Shown: piece by piece, positions 37,028 through 48,990 of the stretch
How positions within the stretch are numbered: the first letter of the stretch is position 1
Layout of the letters: the number at the start of each line of letters is the position of its first letter
Assembly (NCBI RefSeq): GCF_964213995.1
Contig: NW_027590160.1
Coordinates: 248,001-311,764, forward strand
Reading direction: 5' to 3'
Origin: Mustelus asterias
Taxonomy: Eukaryota
Length of the DNA stretch: 63,764 nt
Position numbers and translations under genes: made by a program
Notes under the pieces: model-generated
What the model was told of the DNA's origin: nothing
The model's input: only the letters and a program-made list of their open reading frames with translations
Databases searched by the model: none

Positions 37028-37825
37028 GCCATATGGAATTGGCAGATGGAATTTAATCCAGATAAATGCGAAGTGATCCATTTTGGAAGAACTAATGTAG
37101 GGGGGAATTATACAATAAATGGCAGAGCCATCAAGGGTATAAAAACACAGAGGGACCTAGGTGTGCAAGTCCACAAATCCTTGAAGGTGGCAGCACAGGT
37201 GGAGAAGGTGGTGAAGAAGGTATATGGTATGCTTGCCTTTATAGGTCGGGGTATAGAGTATAAAAGCTGGAGTCTGATGTTGCAGCTGTATAGAACACTG
37301 GTTAGGCCACATTTGGAGCACTGCATCCAGTTCTGGTCGCCCCACTACCAGAAGGACGTGGGGGCTTTAGAGAGAGTGCAGAGAAGGTTTATCAGGGTGT
37401 TGCCTGGTATGGAGGGTCTTAACTCTGATGAGAGATTGGGTAAACTGGGCTTGTTCTCCCTGGAAAGACGGAGAATGAGGGGAGACCTAATAGAGGTGTA
37501 CAAAATTATGAAGGGTATAGATAGGGTGAACAGTGGGAAGCTTTTTCCCAGGTCGGAGGTAACGATCATGAGGGTTCACGGGCTCAAGGTGAGAGGGGCG
37601 AGGTATAACTCAGATATCAGAGGGATGTTTTTTACACAGAGAATGGTGGGGGCCTGGATTGCGCTGTCAAGTAGACATGCTGGCATCGTTTAAGACTTAT
37701 CTGGTTAGTCACATGAGCAGTCTGGGAATGGAGGGATACAAACGAATGGTCCCGTTGGACCAATGAGCGGCACAGGCTTGGAGGGCCGAAGGGCCTGTTT
37801 CCAGTGCTGTACTGTTCTTTGTTCT
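37028..37825 (+). mobile_element. CR1-type LINE 3' end
   Basis: ORF 37046-37693 MEFNPDKCEVIHFG...LYRTLVRPHLEHCIQFWSP; tail tgttctttgttct. Confidence 0.9.
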
Positions 37826-38120
37826 AAAGTTTATTTATTAGTCACAAGTAAGGCTGACATTACCCTACAATGAAGGTACTGTGAAAATCCCCTGGTCGCT
37901 ACACTCCACTGCCTGTTCGGGTACACAGGGAAAATTTAGCATGGTCAATGCATCGAACCAGCACGTCTTTCAGACTGTGGGAAGAAACTGGAGCACCCGG
38001 AGGAAACCCATGCAGATACGGGGAGAACGTGCAAACTCCACACAGACAGTGACCCAAGCTGGGAATCGAACCTGGGTCCCTGACACTGTGAGGCAGCAGT
38101 GCTAACCACTGTGCCACTGA
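37826..38120 (-). mobile_element. HE1/V-SINE
   Basis: Reverse-complement V-SINE. Confidence 0.8.
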
Positions 38121-38429
38121 GCTGTGACAGAGGATTGTTGTCGGTGCAAGCTCCTGAGTCTAGTTACTATGTTTCTATATCGATGTTTCTATGCACTATG
38201 GAGGATCCATGATGTGGAGATGCCGGCGTTATAAAGGGGGAGGCAAAGTTAGAAGTCTCACAGCACTAGGTCAGTCAAACGGGTGACATATCTGATGAAG
38301 GAACAGCGTTCCGAAAGCTCTTGATTCCAAATATATCTGCTGGTTTTTAAACCGGTGTTGTGAGACTTCTTACTGTGGAAGATGCCAGTGGTGTTGACCC
38401 TAACAGAACACATAATCTCAGTCTTAAAT

Positions 38430-39420
38430 TAGCGCTTGTTTATTCTGAGAGTATGCCCTCTCTCCCTACACTCTCCCACGAGGGGAAACATCCTCTCAGC
38501 ATTTACGCTCTCAAGCCCCTCAATAATCCCATATGTTTCACTAACATCACATCCCATTTTTCTAAATTCCAGTGAGTAGAGACACAACCTGTTTAATATT
38601 TCCTCATAAGACAATCCCTCCGTACCGGGGATCAGCCTTGTGAACCTTCTCTGAACTACCTCCAATGAAATAATATATGCCCTCAAATAAAGAGACGAAA
38701 GCTGCTTACGGAACTCCAGATGTGGTCTCACCAGTACCTTGTACAGTTGCAGCAAGACTTCCCTATTCTTACAATCCAACATCTCATTAGCCTTCCAGAT
38801 TACCTGCTGCATATGTCTGCTCATTTTCTGTATTTCATGTACAAGTACCCCTAAGTCCCTTTGTGCGGCACCTTTACACAGCTTCCCTATTTGCATAATA
38901 CTCTGTTCTTTTGTTCCCCCTTCCAAAATGAACATTTTCATTTTTCCCCACATTAAACTCCCTTTCCGAATTTACCGCCGAATTAAAAAACTTATCAATA
39001 TCTCTCTCAACTATTTATTTCCCTGTTGTAACTTGCCTTTCCACCTATGTTTGTGTCTGCAACTTTTGCTACAGTATATATGCTTCCTCCCTCCAAGTCA
39101 CTAACATTTATTGTATGCAGTTGTCCTCCCAGCACTAATTCCTCTGGAACCCCACCAGTACACGTCGCAAAACTGAAAACCCTTTATCCCAAATTGCTGT
39201 TTCTTGCCCATCAGCCAATTCCCTTCTATTCCAATATACTACCATGAACACCATGGGCTCTTATGTGATGAGTTAACATTTTGTGAGGTACCTTGTCGAA
39301 TGTCTTCTGGAAGTCGAAACTGAACACATATACTGATTCCCCTCTATCCACTCTGGATGAGACTTCCTCGAAGAACTCTAATACATTAGTTAGACATGAT
39401 TTCTCTTTTCTTTCCAATAA
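38430..39420 (-). mobile_element. Decayed CR1-type LINE
   Basis: KSCLTNVLEFFEEV...DFQKTFDKVPH and LYKVLVRPHLE motifs on -. Confidence 0.85.
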
Positions 39421-40223
39421 ATCATGCCATTTCAATTTCTACCTTGTTATTACAATGAAACGAATCTTCTTAAAAGGACATCGGTGATTGTGTTGTTTCC
39501 GATCACTGACAGCCCCATTGTGACATCTTTCAGGAGCTCATCCCTATTGGCTTTGGCGATGTTCACAAGTGACTTTCTAATTGGCATGCTTGGATTGGCG
39601 CAGTCTGTTCAATCAGATTTAGAATGGGTGTGTGTGTGTGGGGGGGGGAGGGGGGGAGGGGGGGGAGGAAGGAGGGAGGTGGGGAGGGGGGAGTGGGTGG
39701 TCACTCCTGTTTGATAATTGACATTCCAAAACAAGGAAAATAAATGTTAGAAATAAATCCTGTCTCTGTGGATTATCTGGATTATCTGGAGATGGAAGAT
39801 GTTTCGGAGAACTTTTCCAAGGAAGCATTGGTAGGCCGAATGGCCTCAGCCGGTGCTCCAGGATTCTATGATTCTCGTTGCTTCATGCCCCAACCGCTCG
39901 ATTTGTCGGTAGAAACCTGAATAGTGAGCAGGTGCAGAATGGTCAGAGACTTTTGTGGATTCAACCGTCGCTATTTCCGCTCCATTCACTCCGAGTGCAG
40001 CTGAGAGTCACCGCAAACGTCACTCAATATTGAGTCTGCCGTATCCCCGCCCATTGCTTCCGTTTGCTGCTCTCACTCTGACCTGATTGTGTGATTGGAC
40101 AGATTGCTGCCGCTGCTCCATTCCACTCATTGGTTGGATCAGCAGTACAGTGAGCGGAGATCTGTATGGTTGTCTCTCACAGAGGATTTCCATCACGGCA
40201 GAGTTACAGACCCAGGAAGGATC

Positions 40224-40852
40224 ATGGGGAACCGTCCTGCTTCGATTCTCATCATTATTTCAGTTCTTAGTAAGTAACTCCTGGGGCAAAGGGTGTCAAA
40301 GGATATGGGGGGAAGGTGAGAACAGGTTATGGAATTGGATAATCAGCCGTAATCATAATGAATGGCCGAACAGGCTCTAAGTGCCGAATGGCAAACCCTG
40401 CTCCTATTCCCCAAGTTCTATATATTTCCTTCCCTGTAATGCCGGATATCATTGCTGGTAAAATATGAGTGATGGTTAAATGACAATTTGGTTTATAAAT
40501 ATTAGGCTGCAGCTGATTGTTTTTACCTTTACTATAATTTTACATTAGACTGGAGTCACCAAGACACAGTGGAGCAGCCGGTTGGCGAAAAAACAGTTCA
40601 AGAGGAAAGTAATGTCACAATAACCTGCAAATTTAAGACAAGTGATTCCAACCCTTATGTGTACTGGTACAGCCAGAGTCCCGGGCAGTCTCCACAGTAT
40701 ATGCTTCACATTCTGGGTGTGAAAATGTATAGACACGCCGACATTAGCGACCGCTTTTCAGCTACACTAAATAAAACTGCCAAGATCACCGAGCTGACGA
40801 TCGGCAACACATTCATGGCTGACAGTGCGGTATATTTCTGTTCCTTGGAGTC
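40224..40852 (+). CDS. TCR alpha/delta-type V segment, intact: leader 40224-40269 plus V exon 40549-40852
   Basis: Leader MGNRPASILIIISVL-a|GTAAGT. V reads DTVEQPVGEKTVQEESNVTITCKFKTSDSNPYVYWYSQSPGQSPQYML...DRFSATLNKTAKITELTIGNTFMADSAVYFCSLE. Confidence 0.9.
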
Positions 40853-40890
40853 CACACTGCTACAGATATAGCGAGACCCATACAAGAACA
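40853..40890 (+). other. RSS (22-nt spacer)
   Basis: CACACTG + 22 nt + ACAAGAACA. Confidence 0.8.
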
Positions 40891-40938
40891 CCACAATACA
40901 TGTACCGAACTTAACATCGTCTCCCTCTGGCGGCCATA

Positions 40939-43045
40939 ATGTGGAGATGCCAGCGTTGGACTGGGGTAAGCACCCGAAGAAGTCTCACAACAACGCGTTA
41001 AAGTCCAACAGGTTTATTTGTTAGCACAAGCTTTTGCAGTGTCTCTCCTTCCTCAGGTGAGCGAGGAGTTGTGTTCACAAACAGGGCATACAGGGATACA
41101 GACCCAATTTACAAGATAATGTTTGGAATGCGAGTCTTTACAGGTAATCAAGTCTTAAAGGTGCAGACATTGTGAGTGGAGAGAGGGTTAAGCACAGGTT
41201 AAACAGGTGTGTATTGTCTCCAGCCAGGACAGTTATTGAGATTTTGCAAAACTAGGCAAGTCGTGGGGGGTTACAGAAAGTGTGACATAAACCCACGATC
41301 CCGCTTGAGGCCGTCCGCATGTGTGCGGAACTTGGCTATCAGTTTCTGCTGGGCGATTCGGCGTTGCCGTGTGTCGTGAAGGCTGCCTTGGAAAACGATT
41401 ACCCGAAGATCAGAGGCTGATCCCCATGGTAACAGAATGGTCATTGAAAGTGGCAATGCAGTTAAAGGTACAGACAATGTGAGTGGAGGGAGCATTAAGC
41501 ACAGGTTAAAGAGATGTGTATTGTCTCCAGACAGGACAGCTCGTGAGATTTTGCACAGGTTCGAACAAGACTTTTTCACCGCACAGGACCTTCAACCGAT
41601 GCTATACACTAGATACATCGATGACATTTTCTTCCTTTGGACTCATGGTGAACAATCACTGAAACAACTATATGATGACATCAACAAGTTCCATCCCACC
41701 ATCAGACTCACCATGGACTACTCTCCGGAATCGGTTGCATTCTTGAACACACGCATCTCCATTAAGGACGGCCACCTCAGCAACTCACTGTACTGCAAGC
41801 CCACGGATAACCTCATGATGCTCCACTTCTCCAGCTTCCACCCTAAACACGTTAAAGAAGCCATCCCCTTCGGAAAAGCCCTCCGTAAACACAGGATCTG
41901 CTCGGATGAGGAGGATCGCAAAACAGACACCTCCAGACGCTGAAAGATACCCTCATAAGAACAGGATATGGCGCTCGACTCATCAATCGACAGTTCCGGC
42001 GCGCCACAGCGAAAAACTGTACCGACCTCCTCAGAAGACAAACACGGGACATGGTGGACAGAGTACCCTTCGTCGTCCAGTACTTCCCCGGAGCCGAGAA
42101 GCTACAACATCTCCTCCGGAGCCTTCAACATGTCATTGATGACGATGAACATCTCACCAAGGCCATCCCCACACCCCCACTTCTTGCCTTCAAACAACCA
42201 CACAACCTCAAACAGACCATTGTCCGCAGCAAACTACCCAGCCTTCAGGAGATCAGTGACCACGGCACCACACAACCCTGCCACAGCAACCTCTGCAAGA
42301 CGTGCCGGATCATCGACATGGATGCCATCATCTCACGCGAGAACACCATCCACCAGGTACGCGGTACCTACTCTTGCAACTCGGCCAACGCTGTCCACCT
42401 GTTATGCTGCAGGAAAGGATGTCCCGAGGCGTGGTACATTGGGTAAACCATGCAGACACTATGACAACGGATGAATCAACACCACTCGATAATCACCAGG
42501 CAAGAGTGTTCTCTTCCTGTTGGGGAGCATTTCAGCAGTCACGGGCATTCAACCTCTGGTCTCCCGGTAAGCGTTCTCCAAGGCGGCCTTCACGACACAC
42601 GACAGCACAGAGTCGCTGAGCAGAGACTGATCGCCAGGTTCCGCACACATGAGGACGGCCTAAATCGGGATATTGGGTTCATGTCGCACTATCTGTAACC
42701 CCCCCCCCCCCCCCACAACTTGCCTGGATGTGCAAAATCTCACTAAATGTCCTGTCTGGAGACAATACACATCTCTTTAACCTGTGCTTAATGCTTCCTC
42801 CGCTCACATTGTCTGTCCCTTTAAGACTTGATTAGCTGTAAAGACTCCCATTCCAATCATTATTCATGTAAATTGAGTTTGTCTCTTTGTGCCCTGTTAG
42901 TGATCAGAACTCCCACTCACCTGATGAAGGAGCAGCGCTCCGAAAGCCTGTGGCTTTTGCTACCAAATAAACCTGTTGGACTTTAACCTGGTGTTGTTAA
43001 ACTTCTTACTGTGTTTACCCCAGTCCAACGCCGGCATCTACACAT
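40939..43045 (+). mobile_element. Penelope-like element (RT C-terminus plus GIY-YIG) with an inverted terminal copy at its 5' side
   Basis: RYIDDIFFLW RT motif and CCRKGCPEAWYIG GIY-YIG motif; stops and frameshifts present. Region 40939-41430 is the reverse complement of the 3' end. Confidence 0.88.
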
Positions 43046-44608
43046 CTTGTCTAGGTCACAAGAGGAACAGATTGCAAAATCATGAGACATATCTTTATGG
43101 CGCAATGCATGTAGTTAACCTCCAAATCTACTTCAGAGCAGCGGTAATGAAAGCTCTTAGATGTAGAGATCATGCAGCCAAATATTACTGTTATATCATC
43201 TTCCAGGGCCGTTAACTGAGAATGCCCCAGCAATTCCTAGAACCAAACATTTGATGTGTCAAAGTCTGCTGTAGTTATGAATACTTGGAATGCTCCATCA
43301 TAATTTCAACACAGACTCACCTCGTTAAAAAGGCTGTATTATCCGACAGTACCACGCACCACTTCCTGAATCAGTCGCTAATCAGCCATGCTAAACTCTC
43401 CCTCAGTGTACCCGAACAGGCGCCGGAATATGGCGACGAGGGGATTTCCACAGTAACTTCACTGCAGTGTTAATATAAGCTTACTTGCTACACTGATGAA
43501 TAGACTGAAGCACTGAACTTCTGATCTAACCAATGACAGAAATCGACCAGCGGCAGCAATGTCTCGAAAAGCACAATGGTGTTAGAGTGAACGCAGCAAC
43601 CGGAAGCTGTGACCGGAGTCACCGCAGACTCAAAGCTGATGGAAGTGCGGAGTTCTCAGCTGCAGTCGCAGGTGATGGAGAGGAAACAGCGACAGCTGAA
43701 CCTGCAGCAGTCTGTGACTACCCTGCATCTGCTGACTGCTCAAGTGACTGAGAAAAAATAGTGTCGGACGGGCGCGAATGGATCATAAACAATTGACTCT
43801 CCCTGTGGCTCAATGAAAGACATTTCCCAATTGTTCTTCTCACCCCTCATTCCACGTGTTATTTTCCGTTCTCATGGTCTGACAATGCCTTTTTGAAATT
43901 TACTATTGAATGCTCTTCCCTTATAGTTTGCGGCGCTCTACTCCAGATGGTAACAAATAGCAATGCAATGAATAACATTTTTCGATCCCTGTCCACTTTT
44001 CTGTGAAAATGGGATGACTTGGTCGTTTATTTATCGACCAGGTGCATTGCTGTCTTTGTTCGTTCAAATGAACAGCGAACCGGTCTGAGAGATTTTGGGA
44101 CCTATCTCAATGTCTGGCCCTCTACCACTTCATTAAATATCCCATAACTTACCCGGAATACTGCGCTGTCTAGATAGGTACAGAAAGCTTTCAGATATGG
44201 AGTGACTGTCCCTTAGCACTCCTGACTGGTCTTTCAGAGCGTTCAACTCCGATGGAGTCTGGGAAACTCAATGTCTGTCACTCGTCCCTGCAGCCGAACT
44301 TAGAATGTGTCACAGACTGGAATGGGATTTATCACAGGAAATAGACAAGGATCCTTTTAATATTGATTCACCGAATACCACGATTATTCCAATTTGGAAG
44401 CACCATGGAACATGCGCTGCCCGGATGACATTCCCACAGAAAATAACCCAATTTAAATGTATTTTATCCGTTCTTTTTTGATTTTAAAGAGTAAACCCAA
44501 ATCGGCAACAGATCCCACTGATCGGGTGACTGTGGCGCGTATCCAAGGGAGAGAGTGATTAAAAGCCCAGCTCTCTGCACAGGCTCCACTTTCTGGATGA
44601 TCGCGGCA

Positions 44609-44647
44609 GGTTTTTGTACGGCCCTGTATGGTATTTGCTACATTGTG
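44609..44647 (-). other. RSS (23-nt spacer)
   Basis: CACAATG + 23 nt + ACAAAAACC (consensus nonamer). Confidence 0.9.
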
Positions 44648-45150
44648 CCTCCATTGCACAGAAATAGGTGGCGGTGTCTGTCAGCCGAGCTTCACTAACA
44701 TTCATAACGCTGTGGTTCTCTGAGAAAGTATGCCGAGCCGTGATCCTGCCCTGATCGCTGGTGCCGCTCACCAGGTGCTGCACGGTTCTGTCTAGATTTT
44801 GTCTGTACCATTGAAGGACCTTTCCAGCTCCTGTGGTTGAACAGTTCAACGATGCAGTGGCTCCCTCGGTAACAACCACTGACTCCGGAGACTGTGATAG
44901 CTCTTTACTGCCAGCGGCATCTGGGAAGAATATGTACATTTGCAGTAATAGCATATCGTACTATAATGTAGCACAATAAAGTACAATTGTATTCACAATT
45001 CGAGATGATACAATAAAGCTGAGTTCAATTTAACAGAGCCTAACATTGCTGAGGTGTGAAATATTCCTGTCAGAAATAGTGACCACACTTACACTGAGGG
45101 AACAGTAAGAAATCCAGGAAAATAATCAACCAAGTGAAGGTCAGAAACAC
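44648..45150 (-). CDS. TCR alpha/delta-type V segment, inverted, open frame with a GTG initiator (leader 45150-45093, V exon 44920-44648)
   Basis: Leader (V)FLTFTWLIIFLDFLLFPQ-t|GTAAGT. V reads KELSQSPESVVVTEGATASLNCSTTGAGKVLQWYRQNLDRTVQHLVSG...SVMNVSEARLTDTATYFCAME. No ATG in the 90 nt upstream. Confidence 0.8.
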
Positions 45151-45350
45151 GTTGGATCCTATAGACTTGTGAGAAACAGCTGTCAGCGGATCCCAGGCTG
45201 AGAGAAGCTCCTGGGAAAGCAACCCTATTGGATATCAAGCCGAACCCCAAACCAGTTACACAGTGGCGGTGAGAGCCGGGTCGCGGGGACTTGTGATCAC
45301 AAAGTGAATCAGTGAAGGAGCTTCAGCATTGATAGTGCGGGGGAGGAGAG

Positions 45351-45852
45351 TGCGCATGCGACAGAACATCCGGTATTGTGACGTCAGAACATCCGGCATT
45401 CTGACGTCAGAGCATCCGTGGCATTGGAACCTCATAGAATCATAGAATGCCTACAGTGCAGAAGGAGACCATTCGGCCCATTGAACCCGCACCGACCACA
45501 GCCCCACCCAGGCCCTCTCCCTGTAACCTCACATCTTTACCCCGCGAATCCCCCTGACACGAGGAGGCTTTTCAGCATGGCCAGTCAACCTAACCCGCAC
45601 ATCTTTGGACTGTGGGAAGAAACCGGATCACCCAGAGGAACGCAGACACGGGGAGAACACCCAAATTCCAGACAGACAGTGACCCGAGACTGGAATCGAA
45701 CCCGTGTCCCTGGCGCTGTGAGGCAGTTGTGCTAACCATTGTGGCACCATGCCGCCCAACGTCAGACGTCAGAATGCGGAATGTGTGGCGTCAGAATGTG
45801 TGACGTCACCCTATAGCCCATGTGACGTCACTATGTAGTGCGAGTGACGTCA
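45351..45852. promoter_or_regulatory. Cluster of five perfect CRE palindromes plus an NRF1-like site upstream of the inverted V
   Basis: TGACGTCA at 45379, 45402, 45801, 45823 and 45845; TGCGCATGCG at 45351. Confidence 0.65.
45433..45757 (-). mobile_element. HE1/V-SINE inserted into the CRE cluster
   Basis: Reverse-complement V-SINE with a (catagaat)n tail. Confidence 0.85.
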
Positions 45853-46030
45853 GTGGGTCTGGTCTGAGGGTCAGAAACATTTCTCCTGGAGCCGATCTGA
45901 ATATTCAGCCCTGAGTTGATGGGAATTAACAGCTGATCAGAAACATCTCTCCCGAAACTGATGTGAATATCCAGCTCTGAGGTTGCAGAATAAAGATCTA
46001 ATCAGAAGCAGGGAGGTCCTGCGTTCATGT

Positions 46031-46103
46031 CGGTTAGTCGCTCAATGCATAACGCGTCTGATTATGGATCAGAAGATTTCAAGTTCGATTTCTGCCTGGC
46101 TCG
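46031..46103 (+). pseudogene. tRNA-Arg(ACG)-derived pseudogene
   Basis: ataacgcgtctgattatggatcagaagatt...gttcga...ctggctcg; anticodon and stems mutated. Confidence 0.65.
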
Positions 46104-46143
46104 ATGTAAACTTGACGGTAGTTCAAGCTCTCTGTTGATCACA

Positions 46144-46211
46144 GTTTCTGTAATTGTCATCACATTCGCTTCACACGCGAAAGGTCCCCTGTTCGAAACC
46201 GGGCAGATGCA
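46144..46211 (+). pseudogene. tRNA-Val-derived pseudogene
   Basis: cacacgcgaaaggtcccctgttcgaaaccgggcag; D-arm decayed. Confidence 0.6.
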
Positions 46212-46274
46212 TTATTAAACTTTCTCAGTTAGGTTGCGGAAAGTCTGCATGATTTCAATTTTTTATGGGCCAAA

Positions 46275-46595
46275 TGGTGGCACAATGATTATCACTGATG
46301 CCTCACAGCGCCAGGGACCCGGGTCAATTCCGACATTGGCTCACTGTCTGTGTGGAGTGTGCATGTTCTCCCCGTGTCTGCGTGGGTTTACTCTGAGTGC
46401 TCCGGTTTCCTCCCACAGTCCAAAGATGTGCGGATTGGGTGGATTTGCCATGATAAATTGCCTCTTAGTGTCAGGAGGACTAGCTAGGGTAAATGCATGG
46501 AGTTCAGGGGATAGGGCCTGGGTGGGATTGTTGCCGGTGCAGAATCGATGGGCCGACTGGTCTCCTTCTGCACGATAGGGATTCTATGTTTTCTA
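46275..46595 (+). mobile_element. HE1/V-SINE
   Basis: V-SINE head, V-domain and tail. Confidence 0.8.
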
Positions 46596-47318
46596 TCTGT
46601 AGGCTGATTTGATGATGGAACTGTCGGTCTGATCATATTCTGCTGTCTGTTTTCTCAGTCACTGCTGGAAACAGATGCGTGACAGTTTGATGCAATGCTT
46701 ATTTCGTTTCCGCTCGGTGTAGGAGAGTGTGTCTGTGGATAATTGGCACTGTGCACATTGCTGTAATCAGTATCTGGGAGAATCGGGCAGGTGGGATACT
46801 GGTCATCGAGTGGTGAGGGGTCGGCGCTTTCAGGGTCGCAGACTGGCTTCGATGTACTAAGATTTAATGTTTTTGATTTTAAGAAAAATTGAAATACTTC
46901 CTGATCGAAAACAGCTCTGTCAGAATCAGTGGAGTGAGATTTGTAGTTTTGCTTGCGAGCTGGAAATGTCACATGTGCAACTGGTCAAGAACAAACACAG
47001 AGTGAAGGACAGTGATAGGTTGTAAGGTTCTTCCGATAGAGATCGTGATACAAGGTAACGTCTGGGTGCTAATGGGCCAGATTTAACCGTTTACACTGAC
47101 AAAAATATCACGCATTTCTGGATAAAAATTCCCAGGCTAAGAAGAAAACTTCTCACCGAATGAACATTAAACTCTTTCACCTTTATTGATTGCAGTTTTC
47201 ATTCAGACACTGAGGTCAACAAAGCGGGATGGAAAAAGATTCAGTTTGATTGGTGACGCTGCCGGAGGGATGGAGAGCTGGAGTCACCCAGGAAAGCAGC
47301 AAAGTTTAAACATGATGG

Positions 47319-47389
47319 AGCCTAACGTGGGGCTGCAACCAACGATTCTGAAATTACATCTGATATGCTACGACTAAGCTAACCGTCCT
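47319..47389 (-). pseudogene. tRNA-Lys(CTT)-derived pseudogene
   Basis: gcctaacgtggggctgcaacc...cgactaagctaaccg resembles the reverse complement of tRNA-Lys. Confidence 0.55.
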
Positions 47390-47946
47390 CCTGCTGTAGC
47401 GATGCTTGCACCCTTTCTTAACATACTTGAAGCCAAACGCTGTTTCCATCTGGTGCCTCAGCTTGTTCTGAATTCAAAGTTTACAGTTAACCGATCAATA
47501 AAATCCCCCACCGTTACAATGCATTCCTCTCAGTCAGCAGTAACATCATTCCCGTCTTCTATTTATTTGCTGCACCTCCTTCCAAACATTACAAACTCCT
47601 CTTACATCTTTCACTCTGATCTTTTCTCTGAAACATTTCATGATTAAACTTTTGAACTATTGTGGATAATTTGTGACGCTAAAAAGCTGTTCATTTCCAA
47701 GGGGGAGCTAAAGCACATTGACGCACACAGAGAAACCCAGACACATACACGCACCCAGCGTGACAGAGGCCGAAGGAGAGACAACACACTGAAAACACAA
47801 CCTGGCTCCGTCTCTGTTCCATTTCTGACTACAGGTTCCGTGATGCTTTTGTGAATGAACGGAAATGTGAAACCGCCCGATTGTTTGGGTGGATTTGATT
47901 CAATTCGCTCTGTGGACACAGAGTTAAAACCAGGAATAATCAGAAA

Positions 47947-48001
47947 CGGGAAATCCCAATGGATTCAAACTCCATCACGTTAACCAGCCAGCCACGATGA
48001 C
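47947..48001 (-). pseudogene. tRNA-Ser 5' fragment
   Basis: gggaaatcccaatggattcaaactccatcacgttaaccagccagccacga resembles the reverse complement of the tRNA-Ser 5' half. Confidence 0.5.
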
Positions 48002-48917
48002 TGGCGCTCTGAGCTATGAAGCCAACCGCATGCCCATTTTAACAGTTACTCTTCTATAATCAGTGGAACGAGCATCAGAGCGAAGATTTTGTGGGTAATA
48101 TTTGATTCATAGGAAATGTCTGAGATGGACAATACGAAGTTCAAAGATGTTAATGGAAAGCGGCAGAATTTGAAATGTGTCAGTTACTTTCAGTGATCAC
48201 TGTCTGCCGTGTGTTTGCCGTGTGATTCTTCGTCAGAGCTTATTTCTGATGTTATATGTCTGACTTTTCCAACTCTAGTGCAAGTTCATGCAGCTGGAAG
48301 ATTAATCTTGCTTCGCCCTTCACAGATGCTGTGAGGTGTGTTTGCATTCAATGAAGAATTATAGAAAGTTATTCAGTTCTTGGGTGGAAATCAAACTCGA
48401 ACCACCGTACTGAATCCTGACCACGAAACTTCCAGTGAAGCTGATTTAAGAGATTTGCAATTAGTTGATCATCATCGCTTTAGTCATTGCTTCATTTCAG
48501 ACCACTTTCGCCTGAGACACATTCACTCAATCATGATATCAATTTATGATTCCAGTAAAACGCACCTCTTTCCTTGTGTTCAGATCCAATTATCCCCATA
48601 AACGGAGCAAATTCAAAATGTTCTACTTAGTTATCGATTGTTATAAACCCCGGGCCCTGGCGGTGAAAATACTGATTCGGCACCAATAGATCACCCGGAC
48701 TCCACCATCACCAGCTCAATGTTGCACTTGTCCATCATCCCTTGTGTCAGTGAGTCCATCCTCTCTTGCTCTCTAACACATAGCTTCCGTTTTGTTCCCA
48801 TTACAGAGCAATTCCCGACTTAAATGCTGCAATAACTCAACAGTTCAATTAAAGTTTCGTGAGAAACGAGAATAATTCTGAAATATGAATCAGTGAGCAA
48901 TAACAAGCATTTGGAAA

Positions 48918-48990
48918 TGTTTCTACGCGGTCTTGAACCAGGAACGTTTCGCGTGTGAAATGAACGTGATAACCACTACACTGCAGAAAC
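48918..48990 (-). pseudogene. tRNA-Val(CAC)-derived pseudogene
   Basis: tttcgcgtgtgaaatgaacgtgataaccactacactgcagaaac. Confidence 0.65.
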
